From NCBI GenBank assembly GCA_017499595.2, contig CM039002.1, positions 1,240,001 to 1,304,000 on the forward strand: a DNA stretch of 64,000 nucleotides, given 5' to 3'. The DNA is from Psilocybe cubensis. Taxonomy: Eukaryota. Under the pieces are notes generated by a model. It was not told where the DNA came from, ran no database searches, and saw only the letters and a list, made by a program, of their open reading frames with translations. A program made the translations under genes and the position numbers. Positions within the stretch are counted from its first letter, which is position 1. Each line of letters starts with the position of its first letter. Shown here in pieces: positions 37,639 to 51,894 of this stretch.

Positions 37639-40600
37639 ATGCCCCCCCGGACTTCGATCCTCTTTTTAGCCCTTGCAGGCGCAGGTATTGTCTCTGCACA
37701 AACCTTTCAGAGACTTGGAACATGTCCAACTTTAGGATGTGTTTTCCCTCCTGATCAAACAGACTTTTTGGCTGGCCAACTATTTGACATTCGTCTCGAA
37801 GTTCATGCTCCTGTCAATGGTAGCGAAGCTTATAACGGAGGTATCGTGAACGAGAAGTTCAGTTTTTGCATCCAAAGCGGAAAGGGCTCGTGCCAGGATG
37901 TTACTACTTTCTTCAAATTGCGGGACCCAGCTTTGGAAAAATGGAGCTTTTCGTAGGTATTTTTTTTTTTAATCCAAGGATTGCAGCGTGCCTGACAGAA
38001 TTCCTTCATTACTTCATTGTGTTCATATTATAGATACTTCGAGGATCTCTTCGCCAGAGATGCAGGCGAGATAACGGTTGTAAACGTCGCCTCGAAAGCT
38101 TACCGTGCTGTACGTTGTTGATTATCACCCCTAATGTAGATCACACGCAATTAACTTGCATTTGAATATTATAAAGCTCTCCTTGACAAAGGTATCATCA
38201 TCATTCTAACACTTTGCTCTCTTCGCAGTCGCTCATGTATCTATAAATAGCCCGGAACGTACAAGGCGAAGTTGACTTACAACGGCGGTAGTACCACTGT
38301 TGCGACTTGGACAGTACGCGAGCCTGCGACACAGCGCAAAGCAAAAAATGTTCTGCTCTTTATTGGCGATGGTGAAAATACTACATCTATCTAGTATTGT
38401 CCATTTACTGAGGTTCGTCGTTAAAAGGAATGACACAGCCCATGATCACAGCAGCACGACTAATTGCCCACAAGTCGATTAATGGAAAGTATCAAAGTCT
38501 AATGCAAATGGACCAGATGGATAACCTTGGACAGTACGTTCATCCATATCGTTCCGATGCATCACGCAAGGAATTGAAATTTTCATTCCAGTCAAATGAC
38601 ACATTCCGTTGATTCATTTATCACCGATTCCGCAAATTCCGCCACCGCCCTTTACACTGGAAAGAAGTCTTCAGTTAATGCTTTAAATGTTTACGCAGAT
38701 AGCGTAAGATTTAGTTTCTCTTCTCCATGCACGCACCAAATGAGTTTACTGACCAATTGCAACTTGTCTTTAGTCCAAAAACTCTTTCGACGACCCTAAG
38801 ATTGAGACTATTGCTGAGCTCTTCCGCAGACGCATTGGTGGCGCCCTGGGGATTGTATCAACAGCTTTCATCGCTGATGCGACTCCAGGTACGAAAAATC
38901 GCATTTTCATCATATACGGAAAACATTTGCTGAAACGGACGATTTGTTAATATAGCTGCCCTCTGCGCTCATACCCGTGATCGTACTTAAACTCGTCTAT
39001 TGTCATCTTGAAGATTCGTTAACATGAGAATTCTAGGTGGCCAGTACGCGGCAGTCGTGACCGAATACCTCTACGGTGCCAGCGCTGTCAACGCTTCTTA
39101 TGCCTGGCCGACAAGTTGTGACGCCCCTGATGTTATTTTCGGGTAGGAGTTGCACTTTCTCAGTTCTACGAATACTCATTGTTGGCTTCATGGCAATAGG
39201 GGTGGAGCTGAACAATTTATCGCTGGAAAAGGATCCCCAAATGGCACCGACTTTTACAAGGCGTTCGAAACGAAAGGCTACAATGTTATCTACAGCAACA
39301 CAGAGCTGAAGAGTGCCCCTGTTAAAGAAAAGACGCTGGGCATCTTCTCCAGTGAGTACTTTTCCATCAATCCACAGTGGCTCGTGATTTTGAACCCTTT
39401 TTGTCTACAGCTGGAAATATGTGCGTCGTAAATTTACGGAGACCCATCTGTTGTCTAAGTTTTTCGGCTATACAGGGCCAAATGGATTGATCGTAATGTA
39501 AAGTCTTATGTCCTACACAGATGAACAATTTGATTGAGAATGACATCTGTAGGTTTTGACCGAAAATCTTAACGGATTGAAAAATAGCCCAACAGGAGAC
39601 GGCTCTGACGCCACTGACCAACCCGGGTTGAAGGATATGACACTGAAAGCCATTGATATTCTACAGGCCAGAACCAAGAGGAATTCGGGATGGTTCATGA
39701 TGTCCGAGGCTGCTAGTATCGATAAGGTGAGGAAGAGCCATCTATGTATTAATTTCCTTCTCACGACCGATCGCAGATGATGCACGCTCTTGACTATGAC
39801 CGCGCATTGGGAGAACTCCTCGAACTTGACGATACCATCCGAGCGTCTATTGCCCGTGAGCCCAATTTGGTCATGTTGTTGCCTTATAGAGCCTTAATTG
39901 TTCTGTTAGATCTGAAGAAAATAGGCGAATATGAGAATACTTTAATTGTAGTCACAGCTGATCATGGTCATGGCTTCGTAAGGAGCATCGCATTCTTGTT
40001 ATTGTTTAGTTTTGCTTAATTTTTATGATTTAGGACGTTTTTGGTGGGGCTGATACTAAATATATTGCTGCCCAAAGGGACGATAGGTCAAAGCGAGGGG
40101 GTGGTATGCATTTTTTCCATTTCAGCGCAATTATCTATTCAATTTCTGTTCATGTAGTCGGCACTTACGGCGAGTCTGGCCTTAGTGGATATACTGTGTC
40201 TGAAGGTTCCCTTCCCAACAACAACACCATTGTATACGGGAGCCAAGGTCCAAATTTCCCTGTGCAATGGAACCCACGATACACCTATGCTGCGGGCTTC
40301 GGGGCAAACCCTGATCAGTCAGGCGCTTGTTGACTATTTCAGGAGAAATGAATGGCTGATATAATTGTTTAGCCGTGAATCCTATGTCCTCAATACGGAA
40401 GGTCCCCGTGTAGCTACTGTTTCTTCTCCAGAGGGTATTGTGGTAAACCCTACCGACAATGTTGACGGTCTGTCGCCCTATTACGTTTGCTTTCTAATAC
40501 TCACTTCTTCCCAGGTTTTAATGTTGGAGGAACTATCGGTACCACCGAAAGCCAAGGCGTTCACTCGCTACAAGGTACGCGTGTCCATTTCGCAACAAGA

Positions 40601-40803
40601 GCAAAACTGATGCAAGTGACCGTTGTCAGATGTTTCTGTATTCGCTAATGGACCTGGATCAGAAGCATTCCGCGGCGTCTGTGAGTTCATCCCTAAAGCC
40701 CAACAACGTAAATACTAATGCAACTGATGGCTTCATAGACAGCGCTGTAGACATTTTCTTCAAGATGGCGGATGCTCTTGCCCTCGGCAGAGCTAATAAT
40801 TAG
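37639..40803 (+). CDS. Secreted alkaline phosphatase (PhoA family) with an N-terminal extension, many exons
   Basis: Signal peptide MPPRTSILFLALAGAGIVSA. Catalytic/metal motifs: LFIGDGM, TDSANSATA, DATPA, EAASIDKMMH, VTADHGH, HSLQDV. Confidence 0.92.
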
Positions 40804-41382
40804 AAAAGCCTTACAGGGGCTATAAGCATCTATGCTCATATCTGGGCAAAACATACAGGACATACCATGTAGTTGTACTGGAAATGATACCTAAAGCTAA
40901 ACCTAATAGACACGATGTTTGGTCACTAATGATAGTAAATATCATAATGGATCGCACCAAGCTCGCACTGAACAATAAGGCATTTTGTGGATAAGCTAAA
41001 GATGGAGTGTGGCGCAGGACCATAAGAATTCAGACGTTGACCAGGTTTCTGGACAACGTGGCATCGTGACCAGCCGCAACACAAGACATGATTGTTCCGC
41101 ATGGACGTATCAACAAGGACGCGACGCGTTGCGCGGGAACAATGTTGTCAGGCATTGTTTTGCGGAACAATGCACGTGTTGAGGGAGCAGCCAAATAGGC
41201 GCAAATAAAGTAACGCGCCTTGATCTTGGTTTGGGCACGTTTTGCGATTCCTCTTTACACTCTTCACCCATCACCGCGAAATAGTTCCCGATTCCTCTTA
41301 TCTCAATCCCCGTCACATTTCATTTCCAACATCAACCTGCCTCTAGTCGTGTGTATACATCTCAATAGCTTGAAAGTGTTAC

Positions 41383-44300
41383 ATGTCATTTTCGGGCACA
41401 CCTTTAGGTCAAGGCAGGCGTCTCGATCATAGTACTTTTCTCGGTAAACCCCCATCGAACGGGAGCACACAACCATCCTACGCATACGGGTATGTCATTC
41501 CCACATTTTCCTTCAGGCCTGTCTCATCAAGTACTATGCCACCTGTAGCGCACCAGCGCTCGGTTCTAGATCCCCTCCGAAACCTGTATCTCCCTCTCGG
41601 GACAGAAGTAGGGCTCTCGACTCGGAATCAGGGCACGAAGACAACGAACCCGCCCTACAACGCTTTGCTCGGCTTAAACAGCGAGAATCAGCGACTGGCA
41701 TTATCTCACGTCCAGGCGGCCCAAAAACAACCACAGAATCTCTCAAACCAGACAAGTGGCCCTATAAGGACACATCCGTCAACATTGCCAACGCCTTTGT
41801 CCAGGCAGCAAGCGGTGCTGACATGTCTTCGTCATATACCAATCCCCACAACGCATCATGGGCTTCATCCCGGGGTGATAAGGCCCCCCTTCCGCGCAGT
41901 ACATCGGAAGACTATGAAAACCATGTCCACCATGCCAACAAAAGACTCGCTCCCCCTCCAGATAAACTCGGACGTGCACCTACTACTACCAGAAAACCCC
42001 CCTCAAAGGCCGGTTCATCCTTGCACGTGCCAGATTCTGAGGAGGAAGCCAATACATCTGGTCGGGCAAAAAGTCCTCTACTGGAACACGGCCTATCCTT
42101 CGCTAAACAGGCGTTAGGAGCTGCTGCGTTTTACGTTCGACAACAATCTCGCGAACCAGAGAACCTGTCAAACGAACATCCACCCCCCAATCCTGGAAAT
42201 GGTGCCACGAATACCAATGGCAACGATTCCAGTTATGACTATGCTGCAGAGGAGCAGGACTTCCAAGCGTCGAAACGTAACGCGCCCAAACGTGGTCGTA
42301 TATCAGTCGACAATAAGGCATACAAACCATCATTATCGGATGATGAGTACTCAGAATATTCAGACGATGATGGAAAGAAAAGAAGAAAGAGGAAGTCGAA
42401 GAAAGGTCCAAGCGGAGGCCCATTAACCACACTTCCTGTTGTAGCGGCCGACAAGAGAAGGAGGAGAAAAGGTCAAGGCTCCAAGCCCAATGCCGGAGGT
42501 CAAGACGAATCTGAAAGCGATAGTGATGAGAATACTCAAACAGAAAGCGTAAGGTCGCCTATCTGCCTGATAATTCTTTCTTTGACTTGTTCTTCAGGTA
42601 TTGCAATCTGCCCAGCAGCGCGCATCATTAACACGAACATCAAATCCCCCTGTGTCACGAGGATCAGTTTCACGGTTGTCTCAAGAACCTCCAGAGTATA
42701 ATGGGGATGATTCGTTAATTTCAGCCAATCAAGGTCTGGAATCAATACCAGAGATCGACGAGAATGCTTTGCCTACAGAACCTATACGACAATCTTCGCA
42801 ACCACGACGAGGAAGATCACGGACGCCGGCACCGCATGCTATTCCACGGTCTTTTTCTGTGGGAGGTCTGCTTGGTACCATCGTTCATATTTTCATTAAA
42901 TTATCACTGTGGATTGTTTCTGGCGTTCTTTCTGCTCTCAACATGCTTTCTTTCCTTTTTGGTCAAGTTTTTGGCACAACGTTCGACATTGTCCTACGGC
43001 GGCCCATAGGATGGGCATGGAGTGTGAGCCATCTTGGAAAATACGTGATACCCGGCCTGGTTATGGTCTCTGCATGGTATATCCTTCAAAATGATCCTTT
43101 ATCTTCGTATCTGCCCAGCCTCTCCTTCCCTTCGCGCACACCCATTGCCCCGCCCCCATCAAACGTTGTCGATCTCGCCAATCGGATTCTTCGTTTAGAC
43201 ACGCTAATGCTCGAAATTTCCAACGAACTCAAGGGAATTAAGCACAAGGTGGATGACAGTGTCAAGAGACAGGCGGAAATATTGGGCAGCCTCAGTATAA
43301 CGGAAGACCGTCTTTCCTCGAAAGTAAAGAACGTCGCGGACTCGGACGCCAAAGCGAGGGAGGATGTTACGAGGACAATTCGTGGGGTCCAACAGCACGT
43401 AGAAGTTCTTCAGTCGCAACTTGTCATCCAGCAAAAGTTGCACGAAAAGGAAAAGGAACAAAGAACTTCGGCGGCAAGCGGTAGTGATGAAGATGCGAGG
43501 GCGCAGATCAGGATTCTGGAGGAGAAACTTGCTAATGTGCAAGGAAGCATTCAGGAAGCTCTTGAACTTGGCAAGAAAGCAATCGCTGCTGTCCCCGTCG
43601 CAGTACCTGCTGCACAATCAGGCCCTGCTTGGTGGAACAAGATTACTCATGGGTCTGATTCCAAGTCGACTTTACAAATCAAATCTGCAGACGGGCAGGA
43701 CGTCACTGGATTGGTCTCGCAGATGGTCGACTCTGCAGTGTCGAGGATGAGCAAGGACACTGTAGCCAAGGCTGATTATGCCTTGTTCTCCGGCGGAGCT
43801 GTCGTTATTCCTCGCTTGACATCACCTCTTATGGAGATCAGACCACGCGGCCTCTCGAGCAAAATATTCGGTCTTTTCAGCGGTGGTGCGACATATGTGT
43901 CCCGGCCGCCTACTAAGGCTCTTCATCCAGATATGCATAATGGACAATGTTGGCCTTTCGCCGGTACCCATGGCCGTCTGGGAGTTGCACTGGCTTTCCC
44001 AATACACATCGAAGAGTTTACAATCGACCATATCGCGAAGGAATTGGCGTATGAGATGCTTGCTGCACCGAGGGACATGGAGGTTTGGGGTATGGTGGAA
44101 GGCAAGGAGAATGTTGAACGTGTCAGCGCTTGGAAAGCTGATCGCGCAGCTCGTGCGGAAGCAGGCGAAGAGGAATCGGTACATGACAGTATTCCATACC
44201 CCTCAGAACTACCCAAGAACCCTGAATTCGTGCGCCTGGCTAACTTCACGTACGACATCAATGCCCCGAGCAATGTGCAGACGTTCTCTGTGGACCCGGA

Positions 44301-44451
44301 AATCAAGGAACTTGGTATTGATGTTGGAATTGTAGTTCTTCGGGTGCTCAATAACTGGGGAAGGGACGAGTTTACCTGTCTCTACCGATTCCGTGTGCAT
44401 GGAGAGCGCATAGGACCAGCTATTCCTAAGCCTCTGTTAGAGAATTCATAA
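41383..44451 (+). CDS. SUN-domain (Sad1/UNC-84) inner nuclear membrane / spindle pole body protein, 3 exons
   Basis: Disordered N-terminus with basic NLS-like runs (KKRRKRKSKK), hydrophobic TM region and coiled coil. SUN motifs: DYALFSGGA, GQCWPFAG, TIDHI, APRDMEVWG, NNWG...TCLYRFRVHG. Confidence 0.92.
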
Positions 44452-45180
44452 CCAGGTTGTTGTGGTATGGATTTTGTACAGATAAACAGGATAGGACGGA
44501 TGATATCCCCGGCTACTCTTCATGACTTTAACGACGTTTATTTGTTTATCACTTCTCCCTCCGCCCGCGACACAAAACACCATCTCTCTTCCTAATATCT
44601 ATTTTTTTTACTTTTCATTTTCATTATTACGTATTTGATGTTGCAGTTTCCGATCTTCTTTTTCTCTCCCTCGCTGTATTTTGGGCTTGCTAGCTTTTCA
44701 CCTGAACTATCCGTCTTTACCTCGATGCACTGTGTTATTACCATCTCATTCACATCTTTATCGTACTGCTGTCTTCGCATCACCCACCACGACACTCCTT
44801 GACGTCTTAGTACCATATATAATCCTTTTCAACGTCGATTTGGACAAGTCGCCCCAATTATGCCTCAGCATCCCACAATGACGGCGGCATATGTACACAC
44901 CCTTTCATTCTGCATCTAAATCCTCCCTCTCATTCCCTCTTTCAAATGCCCTTGCTACATTTTATTTAGCTAGATAATTGTTATGTTCAAGAAGAAGCAC
45001 CCGAATGCGATAATAATTTTCCTCCTTCGATGAAATTCTGTTTCTGAGGCAACCTAAACCACTGGTATATATTTCTCGTCAGGTTTTCTTTTTTCTTTCG
45101 TTGAGTCTGCCCGAAGAACTAATACAACCGAATAGACTTCTAAACACATTTAATTGAAGTTATTGTACGCCTACTCTGGA

Positions 45181-47062
<1,882 letters not shown>

Positions 47063-47444
47063 TGTATGAGCAAGTCTTATAGATGGTGAAGATAATGAAG
47101 GGGGGAAGGCGTGGGGTCAATAGACGGGAAGCAGCCATGTCCTAATTTAGCGAATTGTACTCACACAGCTGTCGACGATCCCTTGTTGCATCGGAAGGAT
47201 TCTGTCAAACATTGATCTTCCGCATATGGATATTGGCCAAGGTTCAACTTCATCTCCATCTCTCCTTCGACGAGATAATACTCCCAAACACGCGTAATCC
47301 TTACTTTTGACGCGTATTATCTATATTTCGGTGAGTTTGACTCATTTAGTGCTTTTATTTCATTACACCAACGACGCAATTCAGATATAACGACCAGTCC
47401 ACGTCAATTCAACCTTGCATGTTCACTTCTACGACTTCACGAAA

Positions 47445-49492
47445 ATGCCAAACTCTTCTTTAACTCATAAATCTGAGCCTTCGGAACCTCAGAGCACCCT
47501 GGTACACTCCAGGAATCTCTCAACGGTTTCCAGCGTTACGTTGCACACCAACACCACACTTCACTCACAACCATATGAACCACTGCTTCGTCCCATATCA
47601 CCTGGATCCGGAGAATATTACGACGTCGTGTCTCATCAATCCAGACAATCTGACAGGGTTCTGTCGCTTCCTCGCTGGTCGCAGTCCAACGTAATCTCTC
47701 GAAGCGTCTCTGTGATAGACGAAAAGAAGTCGTTCTCCGACAGGAAACCTCAGAGGCGCCGTGCTGTAATGCGGTGGAGTAAAAACACTCTCCAACTGGT
47801 AATGGGTGAGTAATCACTTTGAAATACGTGTTCATGTACTGACTTTGTATTAGCTGCCTGGGCAATATACAGCACAGTGCGATACTTCATTGCGTTCACA
47901 GTCTATCAAAGTATCACAGGCCAGGCCGTCTCCTTGGCTCTGGGCACCGCAACAGGCTTATCGTTTGCGTTTGCTTCTTGTGCAAGCATACTGTGGACTG
48001 GACAAACATATTTACTCATTCACGGATTCTCGGTACAGGCTCTCATGACGCTGCGTCGAACCCTGCATTTTTTATCGTCGTGTTGTCTCTTTGGGCCAAG
48101 CGTTGTCAATCTTGTGCTCGTGTTTCTTTGGAAGAAGCATATTGACTTAGAACTGCAAGTTCGGTACAGATGCAAACTTGACGTTGACCTTGTATGGTCT
48201 GTCAGAGAGTCCTTGTGTAACCATAGAACGCGTAAGTGGGGGTACTGGATTGCTCTGTCGATTGTCCGTCTGTTGGTGACATTAGCTATCATTGTGGGTG
48301 GTTCATCCAACATTTCATCATAATTTCTAATTATTGAATTTAGGTTGCTTTCCATCTTATCGCATCGTCCGCACAATTTACTCCTTCTCGAAAGCCAACT
48401 AAACCGCGCCATTTAAAGGGTAAAAAGTCACATATTCGCCTAGAATCCGGTCCATCACCGTTTCTACCACCGAGTACGCACATAAGTCCACGCGACCATA
48501 TCCTCCAACATCAGTCCTCCGAAGTGACCCTGTCTGGCAAATCATCTCCCCGAAATCGCCTTCACCCAAGTCGATCTCATTCGTCTACCTTTTCTGAGCA
48601 GGGGGATGCACCAAGTTATCACAAAGAATTTATTCCAATGAATAATGAACAACAGGAAGGCGACCAAGAAATGACAGGCTTCGCTGATCGTTTCCGCCTC
48701 CTCATATCTCAGATTACGCGGGAAACAGAAGAAGCTTTGGCATTTGCTCGCTCGGACGATGCTACATCCTCACAAATCAGCGCAGAATCCCCTCCTCCAC
48801 CGCATCCACACGACGGTCCCGACGAGGATATAGAATACGCGCATGATCACCACGACTACCATTATGATGAAGACGATGACTTCTATTCCTCATCTCCTGA
48901 GCATAATGTTTCGCACAGCGATTATCACCAAGCATATCCCGCAGAGGAACATATACGAATGCTAAATGGATATATCAGGCGTATGCCCACCATTGAATCT
49001 ATGGGGTCCCGTGAATGGAGAAGTAGCGTTGGCGCATCGAGTCAGAACACAAATCGGGATCGGACAGGGACAAGCAGACCTCCAACGCGTGGGGCCAGAC
49101 TTTCATGGGCAGGAACGGAGTTGTCCAACAGCAGCGAACCTCGTAGTCAGTCGAACAGTCTGGCCGCTCAAGCAGAGCTTCTGGCTGGCATGTTTTCAAA
49201 GGCACATACCACAGAAATCGGAGAACTCGTCCGACGAGGAGAAACAATCCGGATGGTCGATAACCATTCCGCTAACGAGGGTAGTTCAATTGGCGATGCG
49301 GTTGCTGAAGCGTCAGTAGGCTCCGGAAGCCTTGGAAATGCCAGTTCATCGAACTCTTATCACACAGCAAGTACTGTTAGTTCCTTGTCGTCTGCCCTGG
49401 CGGACGCAACTGACTCTCCTCTACCTACGCCACCACGCATCAGCGGTGAACTGCCGCCCATTTCGAGCACTGATTCCAGTAAAAAACATTGA
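47445..49492 (+). CDS. Unknown multi-pass membrane protein (about 4 TM) with a long disordered Ser/Asp/His-rich C-tail, 3 exons
   Basis: Introns at ~47806-47853 and ~48294-48343 join ORFs 47415, 47877 and 48524. Hydrophobic helices with a Cys-containing loop (RCKLDVDLVWS...LC). Confidence 0.7.
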
Positions 49493-49757
49493 TTTTTGGA
49501 TATTTAAATCTGCTTTAATGTTGTATTGTAATTATCTAAATAGAGTTTAGTTCGCTTCTAGTTCTTTGAGTATCTACGTTGAGCAAGATATGTGATCTTT
49601 CAGTCTGCGCTATGATTGGCTGCGTCAGGGCGAGTGGGCAGATTCGAACTGTTGGGGTCAACCTTCAGGGCCGAAATTAATGATCAAACAGGTTTAAGAG
49701 CGCCCTAACTGTTGGTAAGCTTCTCTTCCCTACTCTTTGTTGATTCATCATCTTAGA

Positions 49758-51158
49758 ATGTCCACCGCGGAGAAGGTTTTCTTACCTATCCCACCACCGG
49801 TAACACCCTACAAGGATGATCCTCGGGCCGTTCTGTCCAAGTCCGAGCAGGCAATGTATGATGAGGTGTTAGCACACTTTACCCGTGCCGACCCAGTCTA
49901 CGTTATCCCCAACATTGAGAAGGGCGAGCTCACTGAACAGGAGAAGTTTTGGCTATCTCGTGAATGCCTTCTTCGGTGCGTTTTGCTATATTGATGGCGC
50001 TTAGTATGCTCATTAAAAGTGGATCATTCTAGGTATCTTCGTGCATCCAAGTGGAAGGTTTCTGGGGCAATACAGAGATTGGAAAGCACTTTAGCATGGC
50101 GTCGTGAATTTGGCATGTACGACACTCTTAATGCCAATCTCGTCGAGCCTGAGGTCAGCTTTATTTAATGTTCGCCTTTGGAATAGTTCTTCATTAGTGC
50201 CTATAGGCAGTTACTGGAAAAGAAGTACTCTATGGCTATGACACCACCGGAAAGCCAGCATGCTACATGATTCCTAGTCGCCAAAATACGACAGAGGGGA
50301 CGCGTCAAATCCAATACGCGGTCTGGATGCTTGAGCGCTGCGTTGATTTGATGGGCCCTGGTGTCGAGTAAGCTTCCTTGACTTAATATGAAAAGTATTT
50401 ATTGTTGACTCCATCATCTGGTTCTCTTTAGGACTCTCGCACTCCTCATCAATTTTGGAGACAGAGGCAAGAACCCATCGGTCTCCACTGCTCTATCCGT
50501 GTTGCACATCCTGCAGAACCATTATCCTGAACGCCTGGGTCTCGCGCTCATCATCAATGTTCCCTTCCTTGTCAACGCGTTCTTTAAGATGGTCATGCCC
50601 TTAGTTGACCCCATTACACGTCAAAAAGTTAAGTTCAACCCGGAAATTTTCAAAGATGGGTTCTTCACCAAGGACAATGTCATGAGGGAATGGTCTGGAG
50701 ACTGCAACTTTGAGTACCAACACGAAAAATACTGGCCCAACCTGGTCAGTATATGCGAGGAGCGCGTCAAGATTTGGTTTGAGAACTGGAAGGCCCTCGG
50801 CGCGAAGATTGGGATCAGCGAGTGGGCATACAAGCAAACTGGTACCCCAAACCTCGAGGAAGAGAAAAAAGGGGAGGCTTCAGTTACCGTCTCCCCTGCC
50901 GCTGATGCTGCAGAGTCTATTGCAACTCCCGGGGCTACTACAACCACAGCCAACGCTGCGCCAGAGACGACGGGCAAAGTGACTGAAGAGCCATCCGCTG
51001 AAACGCCAGTCAAGAAATCAGCTGGTGAAGCACCCGCTCCCGTTGCTTCTCATGCTACCAGCACTGGGGCCGCTGTTGTTGCAGGTGGTGCTATCAGTGG
51101 AGCAGATGCGAATGCTGGGGACAGCTCAGCTGCTGCCGACGGAGGAGCTGCAGAGTAG
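49758..51158 (+). CDS. CRAL-TRIO / Sec14-family lipid transfer protein (Pdr16/Sfh3-like), 4 exons
   Basis: WLSRECLLRYLRASKW, TLAWRREFG, EAVTGKE, PSRQNT, ILQNHYPERLG, DPITRQKVKF. Ala/Thr/Glu-rich C-terminal tail. Confidence 0.9.
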
Positions 51159-51894
51159 ATGCCATGTTGTGGTTTGTAATATTGTTACTATAACGGTACA
51201 GAGACTAACTATACCAGCTTCGTACCTGACACTCACTCCAATATCTCAGTATATATCTATATGCATCTTCCGATAGAGTTTTGCTTTATTTAATTACAAA
51301 CCAAGAGGGTTATTTTGGCCTATATTTTCTGTCGACTAGATTTGACTCATTTAATCAAACTCGGTGTATTGTAAAACCATTGCAGCACTGGAAGGCGACA
51401 GTATCTGAAGAATTGCTAATTTCAGATTTGAATGGCTCACACTGATAAGATATTTTCGCTATGTCGCGTCTTGATGTCGGGGCGATTGACACTGACAGTT
51501 GACAGCAGGTAGGTAGTAGTGGGTGTGATTAGTTGATGTGCTAAATACATCGATTCATGACAGTGTAATTAGGATAGCCATGGACTACGACACAATCATG
51601 ACATGTACAGTAGATAGTACGAGCAAAACAATGTTGTCCTTTCAACGACGCGATTCTTCTGGCTTCAAGTTGAAATTGATCTCTCCAGATTAAATTTTCG
51701 ATGGTTTGGTAGCCCATGGTAGTGGAAAAGGATGGGTTACGCGGGACACGAGGCCTTGAGGTCGAATATTTGTTGGTATTGACATGTGACGCCTAAAAAT
51801 ACACCTCGTGCTGGGGGTGAGGTTGGCGCGTGTTGGACTCCTTTTCTCTAGAATCCCTTCGTTTGCTCGAAGGCCATTTCTTTTCCTTTCTTCA

